DNA of 64,000 bases from Bacteroidota bacterium. GTDB lineage: Bacteria; Bacteroidota; Ignavibacteria; Palsa-1295. Positions 44,846 through 53,811 of the stretch are shown here, in pieces. The translations under genes and the position numbers were made by a program. Location of the stretch: the NCBI GenBank assembly GCA_018266755.1, contig JAFDZW010000001.1, forward strand, positions 85,635-149,634, written 5' to 3'. Numbering within the stretch: the first letter of the stretch is position 1; every line of letters begins with the position of its first letter. The notes beneath the pieces are model-generated. The model was given only the letters and a program-made list of their open reading frames with translations. It was not told the origin of the DNA and ran no database searches.

Positions 44846-45958
44846 TTAACGGCCGGTGCAACGCCGGTATCGGTCCATCGCTGCATCATAGAGCGCACGA
44901 ACGGATTCATGGTGTTTTACTTGGGCTTTAACCCGTTCTTCGGCGCTTGCAATCCGAGGCTTGAGTTTGTCCGTGTCATAGACGTCCGCTCGTGCTTCGG
45001 CCTCGAGAAGCTCCTTGCGCAAGCGTTCGAGCTGCGCGTAATCCTGCCAGTAGGATTCTTCGATCCGCATCAACGAATCGGAGCGATTAGTGACCGAGAG
45101 CAACAGGCGCAAACATTCTTCTTGCGATGGTAATGCAATGAGCGTATTCGGCTCTGCGAATCGCTCCGGCATATTAATCGGCGAACCGTCAGGATCTTCC
45201 GCCTGCACACTCCACACGAAGTCACCACCTTGCGACGGCAGCCGAAACTCCGCCGGCCACATCAGTTGTGTAACATTCGTAACCACCCGTTCGAAAAACG
45301 AGCGGTTGTTAAGGATGGCCTGTTTTGGATGCTGGTTCGGCAATAACTCGACGACTTTTAGGCGATAGACTACGGCCGACTGTGGGGTAGGAACGATCGG
45401 TGTCCAGGAGAAAAGAGTGCTTGTCTCCAGACCCGACGTGATGGTCGCTGCATTGGCTGGTTGCAACAACTGAGGCAGTGAGTATCGAGTCAGAAAGAAC
45501 GATCGGCATTCGAGCGGCGAGATCGTCTCGCGGGTATCTGCAGCCACGAGATGGACGCAGAGCTCATAGTTTCCTTCGGGAAGCATCCCGGTACGAAGTG
45601 TCGTCGTGCTTGCGTCGCCTTTGAACGTCAGGGCATTGGACGGGAATAGATCACCGCCATAGTATGTGCTTTGTCCCGGTGTGATCGACAGGACAGGCAT
45701 CGATTCGGTTCGTGTCGAAGCAACTTCGTTTCCATTGAGTGTAAGCGATGCGACGATACGTGCATCGACGTTTTTATTGGTTGTATTTGTGATAAGAAGC
45801 GAGGCAATCTCGCGACGACTTTGCCAGTCGGTTAACCGTAACGAGGGATGCGGAGAAATACTCAGGTGTATCTGCATTCCTTGCCCGTGGATATCGGCTG
45901 TCTTGACAAGCAAAGCCAAAAAGAATACACTAATGATGAAGAGCGGTGACCTCGCCAT
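44846..45958 (-). CDS. Secreted hypothetical protein with C-terminal coiled-coil; last gene of the ECF-CHAT operon
   Basis: Internal start MARSPLFIISVFFLALLVKTADIHGQG (ATG at 45958, 2-3 nt from the CHAT gene stop). Beta-rich body. C-terminal 70 aa are heptad-like (LERLRKELLEAEARADVYDTDKLKPRIASAEERVKAQVKHHESV). Confidence 0.45.
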   Translation of the reverse strand: MARSPLFIISVFFLALLVKTADIHGQGMQIHLSISPHPSLRLTDWQSRREIASLLITNTTNKNVDARIVASLTLNGNEVASTRTESMPVLSITPGQSTYYGGDLFPSNALTFKGDASTTTLRTGMLPEGNYELCVHLVAADTRETISPLECRSFFLTRYSLPQLLQPANAATITSGLETSTLFSWTPIVPTPQSAVVYRLKVVELLPNQHPKQAILNNRSFFERVVTNVTQLMWPAEFRLPSQGGDFVWSVQAEDPDGSPINMPERFAEPNTLIALPSQEECLRLLLSVTNRSDSLMRIEESYWQDYAQLERLRKELLEAEARADVYDTDKLKPRIASAEERVKAQVKHHESVRALYDAAMDRYRRCTGR

Positions 45959-46063
45959 GTTCTTTAAACGATCTGTGAATGGATGCCGTGACACCTCAGG
46001 GATCGCCGCCGCGGATCCAATGTGTGATCGAGAAGCCATCATATCGGTCGTTCGTATCATGGT

Positions 46064-48580
46064 TCAATATCCGATCAGTTCGAACCCTGCCCAATACAGA
46101 GGTTCGTCGTTGCCCATTCGTTTGTGCACGACAGAGCGCATCTTCAACTGCGCGGCACGCAGCGCCGCAGGTTTCGAGTCGCCTTGCAGCAATCGTTTAT
46201 AGAAAATCGTCATCAACTCTGCCGTTTCGCGATCCGGGATTCGCCAGAGGCTCATCAGAACGTTGCGTGCACCGGCTGTGCGAAGGGCCCGAGGAAACCC
46301 GAATACACCTTCGCCCGGTTCGATCGTCCCTCTGCCACTCTCACAGGCAGAGAGTGTGACGAGATCGGTCCCGTACAGATCCAAATACATCGCTTCAAGA
46401 CCGCTGACAACGCCATCGTTCGAGGGGTCATCGCTGCCGCGTCGAAGTGTTTTGTTTGCGCCGCTGAGGTAGAGTGCACATTCGAGCAGATCGTCGGTGA
46501 TCGTATTGCCTTCGGAGCTATCCGGTCGAAATGTCGCATGTGTTGCGATATGAACGATCGAGCGATCACGGAGCCGGTCGAGATTCTGTTCACTCGCGTC
46601 GGAACCAAGAAATGATTGCACATCCCAATGAGCACCCCGAAAAATCGCGCCGATGTTCGATGCCTCTGATTTCGTTGCATTGAGCTCTTGCAGCATGCCT
46701 TTCTCCCGTGCGGTCGGCAGCGCTGATACGACAGAGGTACGGACATTTCCATACGCGGGGTCGGCAAAGATCGTGATGGACTGTGTCCGTTGTGACGGAA
46801 CATCACGGGCTACGTCGCCAGTATTTGTAAGCGTGGCGATCTCATAGCGATCGATGACTTGTGTGCGATCGTCGATGGGTAGCATCGGAAGTGACAACTG
46901 CGAATAGATCCCATCGGGTGAGATGTACACTGTGCCGACATGCGGTAATAATTCGGCGATCGGAGCCCATATGAGTTTGCTTACAATCTTCAGCGCCTCG
47001 CGATGTTTGGTGCCAGGCACAAGTGCCAGATAATATGCACGGAGCATAGCGGGGTCTTCTAACGTCGTTGCATCTCCGATCACGGTGCTCTGCGGAGCAA
47101 TACTATCGTGAGGCGAGACCACGAATGCGGCGTAGGTAGCGGTGTCGGTCTGCCGTTCGCCGTCGAAGTATGGAAACCGTGCGATCTCGATTGCAACGGA
47201 CTCCGGTTGCAATCGGTCGCGGACGTTGTTCCACGAGACGCGCGGGAATTGAAGCGCCTTGCCGGCTCGTGCGGAGCGTCTGACAAGTTGTTTCTGAAGT
47301 CGCTCGATCGCGACATCGAGACTGTCGCTGCCGAAGAGCGGTTTTGCAATGAGCAGACTGTCGCCACTGCGTAAGGCCGAGCGCCGTGCAGCAAGGATGG
47401 CGATGTGTGCTATGAGTGAACTTGCAGTCGTGTCTCCCGAACGAGAGAGCGATTCCCGATTGGCGGCAAGGCTGGTGACCGCCGCTGCTTTCTCGAACAA
47501 CAACCAATCGTACGCAACCGCCGATCCTGCCGGATAGATGGAACCGGTGCGAACCGCAGTACTGAACACGCGACCGCTCGTGCGATATATTTCACGGAGA
47601 AATTCTAATCGCTCCCGCTCGCTCGTGTAGCTGAAGTTGACCTGCGCCGCGTCCTCATAGATCGAGAGTGCGCGGTTGTACGCTGCAAATGCGGCATTGG
47701 GACGATTCTGTAACTCGCAAATGCTGCCGTCGACCAGTTGCGAGAGTGCACGTGTTCCGTAGGATCGGTCGCCGGTTCGCATGAGATCGTTCTCGCAGGC
47801 GCGGATATCCGGTTCTGCGGAATCGGGGTCAGATGCGATCGCTCTGGTTCGAGCTCGTGCAAGACGAATGGAGGCTCGGAGTTCGAGTCGAGGTTCGTTT
47901 GCAGCGGAGAGGAGTTCTAATGCCGTCGAATAGATCCGCTCCGCATTGTGATACCGTCCTTTCTCGAATGCAATATCTCCGGCAAACCGTTGGATGCGAA
48001 TTGATTCGGTGCTACCGTTCCCAAATCCCGACATGATTGTCGCCGAAAGGCCGCTGGCAAGGTTTTCGGCTTCTTGTGCATTTCCGCTGCGAAGCGCATA
48101 CTCGGCCGAAGCAAGCGTGGCAAGGGCTGTGAACTTGTTGTCGGCGCCAAGTTCGACACGATATGCACTCACTTGTTCATTCGTTGCTCGAACAGCGTCG
48201 CGGTAGCGTCCTTGTTCCGAATATAGCCGGGCGAGTCTGCTCCACGCAGAGGCGACAATAGGATGGTGTGCGGAATAGAGGCGTGTGTTCGCGGCGATTG
48301 CACGTTCCAGCGCTTCTTCGGCTTCGCCGTATTCTGCTTGCTCGAGCGTGAACACCCCAAGCATGTACTCGCAGTATGCAGCAACGGAGTCGTTGGGTTT
48401 GGATGAATGGTGATCCGCTAAGATCGAGCGTACGTAGTATTCACCATTGTGAAGGTCGGCAGCATACAGAAGGGAGTCGCAATGACGTGTTACAACGGCA
48501 AGCGCGGGTGGTCCTTGTGCCTGAGTCGGAAGGGGAGTCGAAACGAAGAACAGAAATAATAGGAGTACTCGATCGATCAC
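46064..48580 (-). CDS. Secreted TPR-repeat CHAT-domain (caspase-like) protease
   Basis: Signal peptide MIDRVLLLFLFFVSTPLPTQAQG. About 350 aa of TPR-like helical repeats. C-terminal CHAT domain with the His/Cys dyad context IVHIATHATF...LVTLSACESG and the terminal YWAGFELIGY. Confidence 0.7.
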   Translation of the reverse strand: MIDRVLLLFLFFVSTPLPTQAQGPPALAVVTRHCDSLLYAADLHNGEYYVRSILADHHSSKPNDSVAAYCEYMLGVFTLEQAEYGEAEEALERAIAANTRLYSAHHPIVASAWSRLARLYSEQGRYRDAVRATNEQVSAYRVELGADNKFTALATLASAEYALRSGNAQEAENLASGLSATIMSGFGNGSTESIRIQRFAGDIAFEKGRYHNAERIYSTALELLSAANEPRLELRASIRLARARTRAIASDPDSAEPDIRACENDLMRTGDRSYGTRALSQLVDGSICELQNRPNAAFAAYNRALSIYEDAAQVNFSYTSERERLEFLREIYRTSGRVFSTAVRTGSIYPAGSAVAYDWLLFEKAAAVTSLAANRESLSRSGDTTASSLIAHIAILAARRSALRSGDSLLIAKPLFGSDSLDVAIERLQKQLVRRSARAGKALQFPRVSWNNVRDRLQPESVAIEIARFPYFDGERQTDTATYAAFVVSPHDSIAPQSTVIGDATTLEDPAMLRAYYLALVPGTKHREALKIVSKLIWAPIAELLPHVGTVYISPDGIYSQLSLPMLPIDDRTQVIDRYEIATLTNTGDVARDVPSQRTQSITIFADPAYGNVRTSVVSALPTAREKGMLQELNATKSEASNIGAIFRGAHWDVQSFLGSDASEQNLDRLRDRSIVHIATHATFRPDSSEGNTITDDLLECALYLSGANKTLRRGSDDPSNDGVVSGLEAMYLDLYGTDLVTLSACESGRGTIEPGEGVFGFPRALRTAGARNVLMSLWRIPDRETAELMTIFYKRLLQGDSKPAALRAAQLKMRSVVHKRMGNDEPLYWAGFELIGY

Positions 48581-49419
48581 GGAACAACGATGCTTTGCGC
48601 ATCGGAGGACGGACCCTTGGCACGTCCCTTTGTAGCGGTTACACGAACACTGACGGAATGTCCGCTAGGGAGTGAGCCGATCCGGGCATACGCATGCGCA
48701 ACCTGGGCAACAGGATGAAAATGTTGATCATTCTCGGTCTTGATCTCGACGATATAGCTAAGCGCACCCTCGACCGGTTGCCACGTCAGACGGATCGAAC
48801 GCGGAGTTCCGGGCTCGACGGTAAGCTCGTTCGGCCGTTGGATCTGACCGGTGAGCGAACGCCGCAAGCGGGCGAGATCTTCCGGAGAGTTCGACCGGGA
48901 CGATCGAGCCTGATCGTCTGCACCGCGAAATTGGGTTGACGATGGCGTACTCGTCGTTGTCGATTGATCGGTCGGTGTCGAAACGGGGGCAGGGGGGGCA
49001 GTGATACTCTGATCGGAAACCGGTGTCGTCAGCGGAGTGGTAGCGGACCACGGGCGCCATGCGAGTAAGGCAACGACAACCACGGCTGTTGCTCCGACGA
49101 GGCGGTATGTGGTCTGCGATGCAAAGATCGAGGTAAGTCGGGCAAAAAAGCCGCTCTCGCTCTTTATGACGACGGAAGCTGTTGGAGCAACGGCAAACCG
49201 CTGGTATGCCATTGCAATAGCCGAATCGCTTGGGTGGCCGACATCGGCGAGATATCCGTAGAGGATTGAGAGCGAATGAGATTGCTCTCGAAACGAATCG
49301 CCGAGTTCGGGGTATGCGCGCTCATAAGAGGTCAGCACCTCGGCTGCATTTGACCCTTCAAGCATAGCGGCAACGAAGGAGTCACTAAAACGATTGATAA
49401 TGTGCTCAGACTCTCTCAT
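48577..49419 (-). CDS. Single-pass membrane protein with periplasmic fibronectin-III domain; positional anti-sigma factor candidate
   Basis: Cytoplasmic ~115 aa, TM LVGATAVVVVALLAW, Pro/Thr-rich linker, FN3-like LTVEPGTPRSIRLTWQPVEGALSYIVEI...VSVRVTA. ATGA overlap with the sigma gene stop and 4-nt overlap with the CHAT gene. No classical zinc anti-sigma motif was seen. Confidence 0.45.
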   Translation of the reverse strand: MRESEHIINRFSDSFVAAMLEGSNAAEVLTSYERAYPELGDSFREQSHSLSILYGYLADVGHPSDSAIAMAYQRFAVAPTASVVIKSESGFFARLTSIFASQTTYRLVGATAVVVVALLAWRPWSATTPLTTPVSDQSITAPPAPVSTPTDQSTTTSTPSSTQFRGADDQARSSRSNSPEDLARLRRSLTGQIQRPNELTVEPGTPRSIRLTWQPVEGALSYIVEIKTENDQHFHPVAQVAHAYARIGSLPSGHSVSVRVTATKGRAKGPSSDAQSIVVP

Positions 49420-50213
49420 ATAAATAACCCCAGTGATGCAATGACGAAGAAGATCCCTTTGCCGACGAGTGCAGAGTAAAATGCTTCCAGTGCTTCGTCC
49501 TCTGAACTGACTTGGTCGGCCGTGACATCCTCCCGAAGATATAAGCGTCTGAGCACGGCATTTTGTGACGCATCCAGTGTGGAAAGCACGCTACGGTGCT
49601 TGGAGATCAGTTTTTGGCGCAGCATCATAACGCCTCGCTTATGGATCTGGCGGGCATTTGCAACGCTAATTCCATTGTTTTCAGCGATTTCCTCGTACTC
49701 GAGCCCAGAAACGCGCTCTTCGATCACTTTCCGGTACTTTTCATCGAGCTCGGAGAGGATTCGGACAGTCTCCATCCCGCCGAGTATAATGTCGGAAATA
49801 TCAGCCTGTTTGTCTGCCGGTTGGAGCCGAGCTTCCCAATTTGCGGCGGCGTTCTCTTCGGTGGGTGAGTCATCGAAGCTGATAAATACGCGATCCTTGC
49901 GATTGCGGCGGCGGTTGTGGTCCAGCGCAGTATGCTCGGCCACCACATGGACGAACCCAAAGAGTCTGCCTTGTTCAATTACACGTTCTGCCTTCTCTGG
50001 ATTTCGGAATGTCGCCAGAAGCTTTTCCAGCGTCTCCATCATGATATCGTTCAGTTCGTCTTCTCCAAACGATGTGCGCCAGTGTTTTTTGAGCGACGCG
50101 TAGACAAATTTATAGAGCAGCGAAAACAGTCGTTCCTCGCAACGGCGATCACCCTGCGCAGTGCCCCGAACAAGTGGTTCTACGTTCGGCAGATCGTTTA
50201 CGGCAACGGACAT
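49416..50213 (-). CDS. ECF-type RNA polymerase sigma-70 factor with ~60-aa C-terminal extension
   Basis: Region 2 (LYKFVYASLKKHWRTSFGEDELNDIMMETLEKL) and region 4 helix-turn-helix (YEEIAENNGISVANARQIHKRGVMMLRQKL), then an extra C-terminal segment ending in the hydrophobic GIFFVIASLGLFI. Confidence 0.65.
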   Translation of the reverse strand: MSVAVNDLPNVEPLVRGTAQGDRRCEERLFSLLYKFVYASLKKHWRTSFGEDELNDIMMETLEKLLATFRNPEKAERVIEQGRLFGFVHVVAEHTALDHNRRRNRKDRVFISFDDSPTEENAAANWEARLQPADKQADISDIILGGMETVRILSELDEKYRKVIEERVSGLEYEEIAENNGISVANARQIHKRGVMMLRQKLISKHRSVLSTLDASQNAVLRRLYLREDVTADQVSSEDEALEAFYSALVGKGIFFVIASLGLFI

Positions 50214-50285
50214 TTCAGGGTTGTGTCAAGAAGTGGAGAAGTGTATAGTATTGTGTAATCACGCTCTCGAAGAGATGGCTCTGTC

Positions 50286-50360
<75 letters not shown>

Positions 50361-50565
50361 ATGGTGCACGATAATGCAATTATGCCTCCCTATGAAATCG
50401 AAATCGGTGAAAACAGTTTCATTCTTACACAAACACTTGCTGCAAAGCCCATGCCAGAGGGGCGTTTCGGAGTTTGGTACGAATATTGATTGATTCCTTT
50501 AATGAATGCAATGATGTATAGAGCGGCCGCGGCATCACGGCCGGATGGAGAGGAGAGATAGAACG

Positions 50566-51105
50566 ATGAAATTCACCCGAAGCATCAGAATGATCGCCCT
50601 AGCGCTCTTAGTCGCAGGGACCGCACACGCCCAACGATTTGTGGAATCGCCAAATGATTGGGTCACCAAGAATGTCCGCGAACACGGCTTGGATACAACG
50701 CGTCTCGAAATGCACGCGTCGTTCGCCCTCGATCCGATCAACGACACGATCGGGCTGATCTATCACGAACCCTATCCGGATTCCGTAATGCCGAAGACCG
50801 CCATCGAAGTCGCGGTGATCACTGTCCAGGCGGAAGAAGCGGACGAAGTAGTGGAAACGATCGAGAAAGAGGCCCGCAAGATCGGAGCGGATTGGATTAT
50901 CGGCTTCAACGAACCGCGTTTACATGTGATCCGCTATCATGGCGATGCCCGAGGGATCTACCGTTCGACGGCAACGCTCTATCGCGTGATCAACGATGAA
51001 TTGGTACCCGCATCCGACATCGCAGTAATCGACTGCGGCCCGAGTCACCTCAACGAATGCAAAGCTGTCTTGACATGGCTTGAGGACGAACACAAATCGA
51101 AGTGA
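50566..51105 (+). CDS. Secreted hypothetical protein
   Basis: Signal peptide MKFTRSIRMIALALLVAGTAHAQ (internal Met of ORF 50545-51105). 150-aa mature part with no recognised family. Confidence 0.4.
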   Translation: MKFTRSIRMIALALLVAGTAHAQRFVESPNDWVTKNVREHGLDTTRLEMHASFALDPINDTIGLIYHEPYPDSVMPKTAIEVAVITVQAEEADEVVETIEKEARKIGADWIIGFNEPRLHVIRYHGDARGIYRSTATLYRVINDELVPASDIAVIDCGPSHLNECKAVLTWLEDEHKSK

Positions 51106-51288
51106 ACCTAATACAGGGTAATCGATTAGCCTCTGAAAGCCCGAAGAATAGTGCGATGTCAAAAGTGATGATTCTGCATTTTTTTTTCTGAATTGTGAAC
51201 TCGGTACCTGTTTTTTTGTTTTTCACTGCAGAACGTCGTATGTTTGTATCGCTGTTGTCGTTGGACGAACGGCGGACGTTCAAAGAAT

Positions 51289-51385
51289 TTGACAAGTAGG
51301 GGCGCTTCGGAGACTGGCGTGCGTTTCACAAAGGGAGGACCAATTTCTCTTCACCGCCCACGCAGAGCCGAAGCGCTGTTTTTTT
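51289..51385 (+). ncRNA. Candidate small structured RNA (TTGACA -35-like box, long closing stem GCGCTTCGG...CCGAAGCGC, U-tract)
   Basis: The region has no credible ORF. TTGACA at 51289-51294. Nine-bp closing helix between 51302-51310 and 51368-51376 enclosing internal GGCGTG/CACGCC pairing, followed by TGTTTTTTT at 51377-51385. A second terminator lies 30 nt downstream. Confidence 0.25.
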
Positions 51386-51414
51386 GAGGATGAGTTATTC
51401 ATCCGAACGCGAAA

Positions 51415-51446
51415 GACCCGGAGCATCTCCGGGTCTTTTTCGTTTT
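51415..51446 (+). terminator. Rho-independent terminator (second of a tandem pair)
   Basis: GACCCGGAG-CAT-CTCCGGGTC hairpin followed by TTTTTCGTTTT. Confidence 0.55.
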
Positions 51447-51527
51447 CGGCAACTGCTTCATTCAAAGAAATTTGAAACTTCGTGCCCATCGCAGCGGTTG
51501 TAAGCGACTCAAAACTGATTAATAGTT

Positions 51528-51601
51528 CGGGGCGTGGCTCAGCCTGGTAGAGCACCTGGTTCGGGACCAGGGGGTCGGAGGTTCAAATCCTCTCGCCCCG
51601 A
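51528..51601 (+). tRNA. tRNA-Pro (anticodon CGG)
   Basis: CGGGGCGTGGCTCAGCCTGGTAGAGCACCTGGTTCGGGACCAGGGGGTCGGAGGTTCAAATCCTCTCGCCCCGA. Anticodon loop TTCGGGA. Track ORF 51534-51746 merely translates the tRNA. Confidence 0.8.
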
Positions 51602-51681
51602 CACTTCAACCGCAAGGCGGTACTCCGACCATCCCACGATATTCTTCCGATCCTTCAACACGTTCAATCACCGTTCGTCGT

Positions 51682-52134
51682 ATGGAGACCAACTGTATCT
51701 TCTGTCGCATTATAGCTGGCCAGGAGCAATCATGGAAGGTATATGAGGACGAAGCGCATGTCGGGTTTCTCACACCGTATCCCAATACTCCCGGGTTCAC
51801 AGTGCTCATTACCAAGGAGCATCATGAGAGTAACGTGCTGCATCTCGATGAAGCGCGATACCTGTCAATGCTCCGTTCCGCACGGATACTCGCCCACCGG
51901 CTCGAATCGAAACTCGGCGCACGACGTATTGCTTTGGTGATCGAAGGAATGGGCGTCGACCATGCACATATCAAGCTCATCCCAATGCATGGCATTCCCG
52001 ACGGGCCCTGGCAGCCGATCCATTCGAACGAGCCGACGATGCACGAAACGTACCAAGGATTTATCGCAACGCACGACGGGCCTCGCATGAGCGACGAGCG
52101 CCTCGATGCAATTCGCCGTCAAATAGCCGAATAG
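51682..52134 (+). CDS. HIT-family (histidine triad) nucleotide hydrolase
   Basis: N-terminal CIFCRII, central ...FLTPYPNTPGFTVLITKEH..., HIT motif HAHIKLIP. Confidence 0.75.
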   Translation: METNCIFCRIIAGQEQSWKVYEDEAHVGFLTPYPNTPGFTVLITKEHHESNVLHLDEARYLSMLRSARILAHRLESKLGARRIALVIEGMGVDHAHIKLIPMHGIPDGPWQPIHSNEPTMHETYQGFIATHDGPRMSDERLDAIRRQIAE

Positions 52135-52175
52135 GTGCCGCGAACATCATCTCTATCGGCGGTGTTTAAGACACG

Positions 52176-52871
52176 ATGCTCGAGATTGCCCCGCAGTCGC
52201 TGACGATCGCCGAACGGCAACGCCCAGATATCCTTCGCGTGAACGAGATATTCTACTCGATTCAGGGTGAAGGTTCTCGTGCGGGCGAACGCTGTGTATT
52301 CGTGCGGATGACCGGCTGCGGACTCCGGTGTAGTTACTGCGACACGGAGTATGCCTTCTATGAAGGGACCGATCGCTCGATCGAAGATATTCTGTCGGAG
52401 ATTGCAGTCCATGACTGTTCGCTTGTCGAATTGACCGGCGGTGAACCGCTGGAACAAGAAGGAGTATATACGCTCATCGACCAGTTGCTCATTCGAGGCT
52501 ATGAGTTGATGATCGAGACAGGCGGTCATATCGATATCAGCCGTGTCGATATGCGTGTCAAGCGAATCGTCGATCTGAAGACGCCATCGTCGGGGATGTC
52601 GAAACGAAATCTGCTCTCGAACATCGACGTTCTTGGGAAGCACGACGAGGTGAAGTTTGTCATCGGCGATCGCGCCGATTACGAGTGGAGCCGGCAGATG
52701 ATCCGCACCTACTCCCTTCACGAGCGTGTGGGCACGATCCTGGTGTCTGCGGTTGCCGGCGTGCAATCGCTCGAAGAACTCGCGAAGTGCATACTCGAAG
52801 ATTCGCTTCCGGTAACACTGCAGGTGCAGTTGCATAAGCTCATTTGGCCCCATGTCGAGCGTGGCGTCTGA
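52176..52871 (+). CDS. queE: 7-carboxy-7-deazaguanine synthase (radical SAM)
   Basis: FYSIQGEGSRAGERCVFVRMTGCGLRCSYCDTEY carries the CxxxCxxC cluster motif in the QueE context. Followed by queF, queD and queC. Confidence 0.75.
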   Translation: MLEIAPQSLTIAERQRPDILRVNEIFYSIQGEGSRAGERCVFVRMTGCGLRCSYCDTEYAFYEGTDRSIEDILSEIAVHDCSLVELTGGEPLEQEGVYTLIDQLLIRGYELMIETGGHIDISRVDMRVKRIVDLKTPSSGMSKRNLLSNIDVLGKHDEVKFVIGDRADYEWSRQMIRTYSLHERVGTILVSAVAGVQSLEELAKCILEDSLPVTLQVQLHKLIWPHVERGV

Positions 52872-52903
52872 GCGAACGGTTACGATTTTTTTATTCCGAA
52901 CGA

Positions 52904-53335
52904 ATGGCACGATCCAATAAAGTAGAACTCGTTGTATTCAAGAACCCGCACCCTGAGCGCGACTATACGATCACGCATGTCAACCCGGAATTTACATCGG
53001 TGTGCCCGGTGACTGGCTTGCCGGATTTCGGGGAGATCTCGATCGAGTATGTTGCCGACGAACTCTGTGTAGAATTGAAGGCACTGAAATATTACTTTCT
53101 CTCATTTCGTAACCGCGGTATCTTCTACGAAGCAGTGATTAATGAGATTCTCGATGATCTGGTCACGGCAATGAAGCCTCGTTCGATCACCGTTCGCGGT
53201 GCATTCTCGACGCGCGGCGGCTTGCACTCGGTTGTGGAAGTCGGCTATATCAAAGGGCTCGATCGCGAACCGAAGCCGTCGCCGCGAGTGAAGATCGTCC
53301 GCCACACAAAACCCGTTGCAAAACCTGTCGCCTGA
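52904..53335 (+). CDS. queF: NADPH-dependent 7-cyano-7-deazaguanine reductase (type I)
   Basis: Start MARSNKVELVVF. Catalytic-Cys segment TSVCPVTGLPDFGEISIEY and the QueF motif ELKALKYYFLSFRN. Confidence 0.7.
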   Translation: MARSNKVELVVFKNPHPERDYTITHVNPEFTSVCPVTGLPDFGEISIEYVADELCVELKALKYYFLSFRNRGIFYEAVINEILDDLVTAMKPRSITVRGAFSTRGGLHSVVEVGYIKGLDREPKPSPRVKIVRHTKPVAKPVA

Positions 53336-53811
53336 TGCTCACGAAGATCTCAAAGACGTTCCGTTGGGAAATGGCACACCGACTGCCGTTTCACGAGGGC
53401 GGCTGTCGCAATATTCACGGACATAGTTACGCGATGACCATCGAGATCGGCGGAGAGCCCGATGCGAATGGGATGGTTCTCGACTACTTCGATCTGAGTT
53501 CGATCTGCGAACCGTTGGTCAAAGAGATCGATCACGCGTTCTTATGCGATCGCTCCGATGCCGAGGTGAGAGACTTTCTTGTGAAGACAGGATACAAGGC
53601 GGTGTTTGTGGACTTCCCGACAACGGCGGAGAACATTGCATCATGGTTCTTCAGTCGGTTGTCCGATCATTTTATGATCTTTAAGCATATCCGTACACTT
53701 CGGGTCGTGGTGAGCGAAACGGAACGCACGACTGCCGAAGTACACGGTGAGATCCGAATCCCGCCGCTCGACCCGAGAATGCTCGAACATCAATCGCACA
53801 TGCTCGAATGA
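53335..53811 (+). CDS. queD: 6-carboxy-5,6,7,8-tetrahydropterin synthase
   Basis: PTPS-fold motifs [24 protein letters not shown]. 1-nt overlap with the queF stop and 4-nt overlap with queC. Confidence 0.75.
   Translation: MLTKISKTFRWEMAHRLPFHEGGCRNIHGHSYAMTIEIGGEPDANGMVLDYFDLSSICEPLVKEIDHAFLCDRSDAEVRDFLVKTGYKAVFVDFPTTAENIASWFFSRLSDHFMIFKHIRTLRVVVSETERTTAEVHGEIRIPPLDPRMLEHQSHMLE

Noticed and set aside
43099-50213. CBASS/Thoeris/Pycsar-type signalling operon around the SLOG-SLATT gene
   Set aside because: No CD-NTase/SMODS, TIR, cyclase or mCpol gene is adjacent. Upstream are dut and fbp, and downstream is a convergent ECF-CHAT operon. The SLOG-SLATT protein is therefore reported as an orphan single-gene candidate.
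51534-51746. 70-aa ORF starting inside tRNA-Pro
   Set aside because: It begins within the tRNA sequence (MAQPGRAPGSGPGGRRFKSS is the tRNA read as protein) and runs antisense-like into the HIT gene start.
52119-52910. 263-aa minus-strand ORF across queE
   Set aside because: The plus strand carries the radical-SAM CxxxCxxC QueE signature. The antisense ORF has no motifs.
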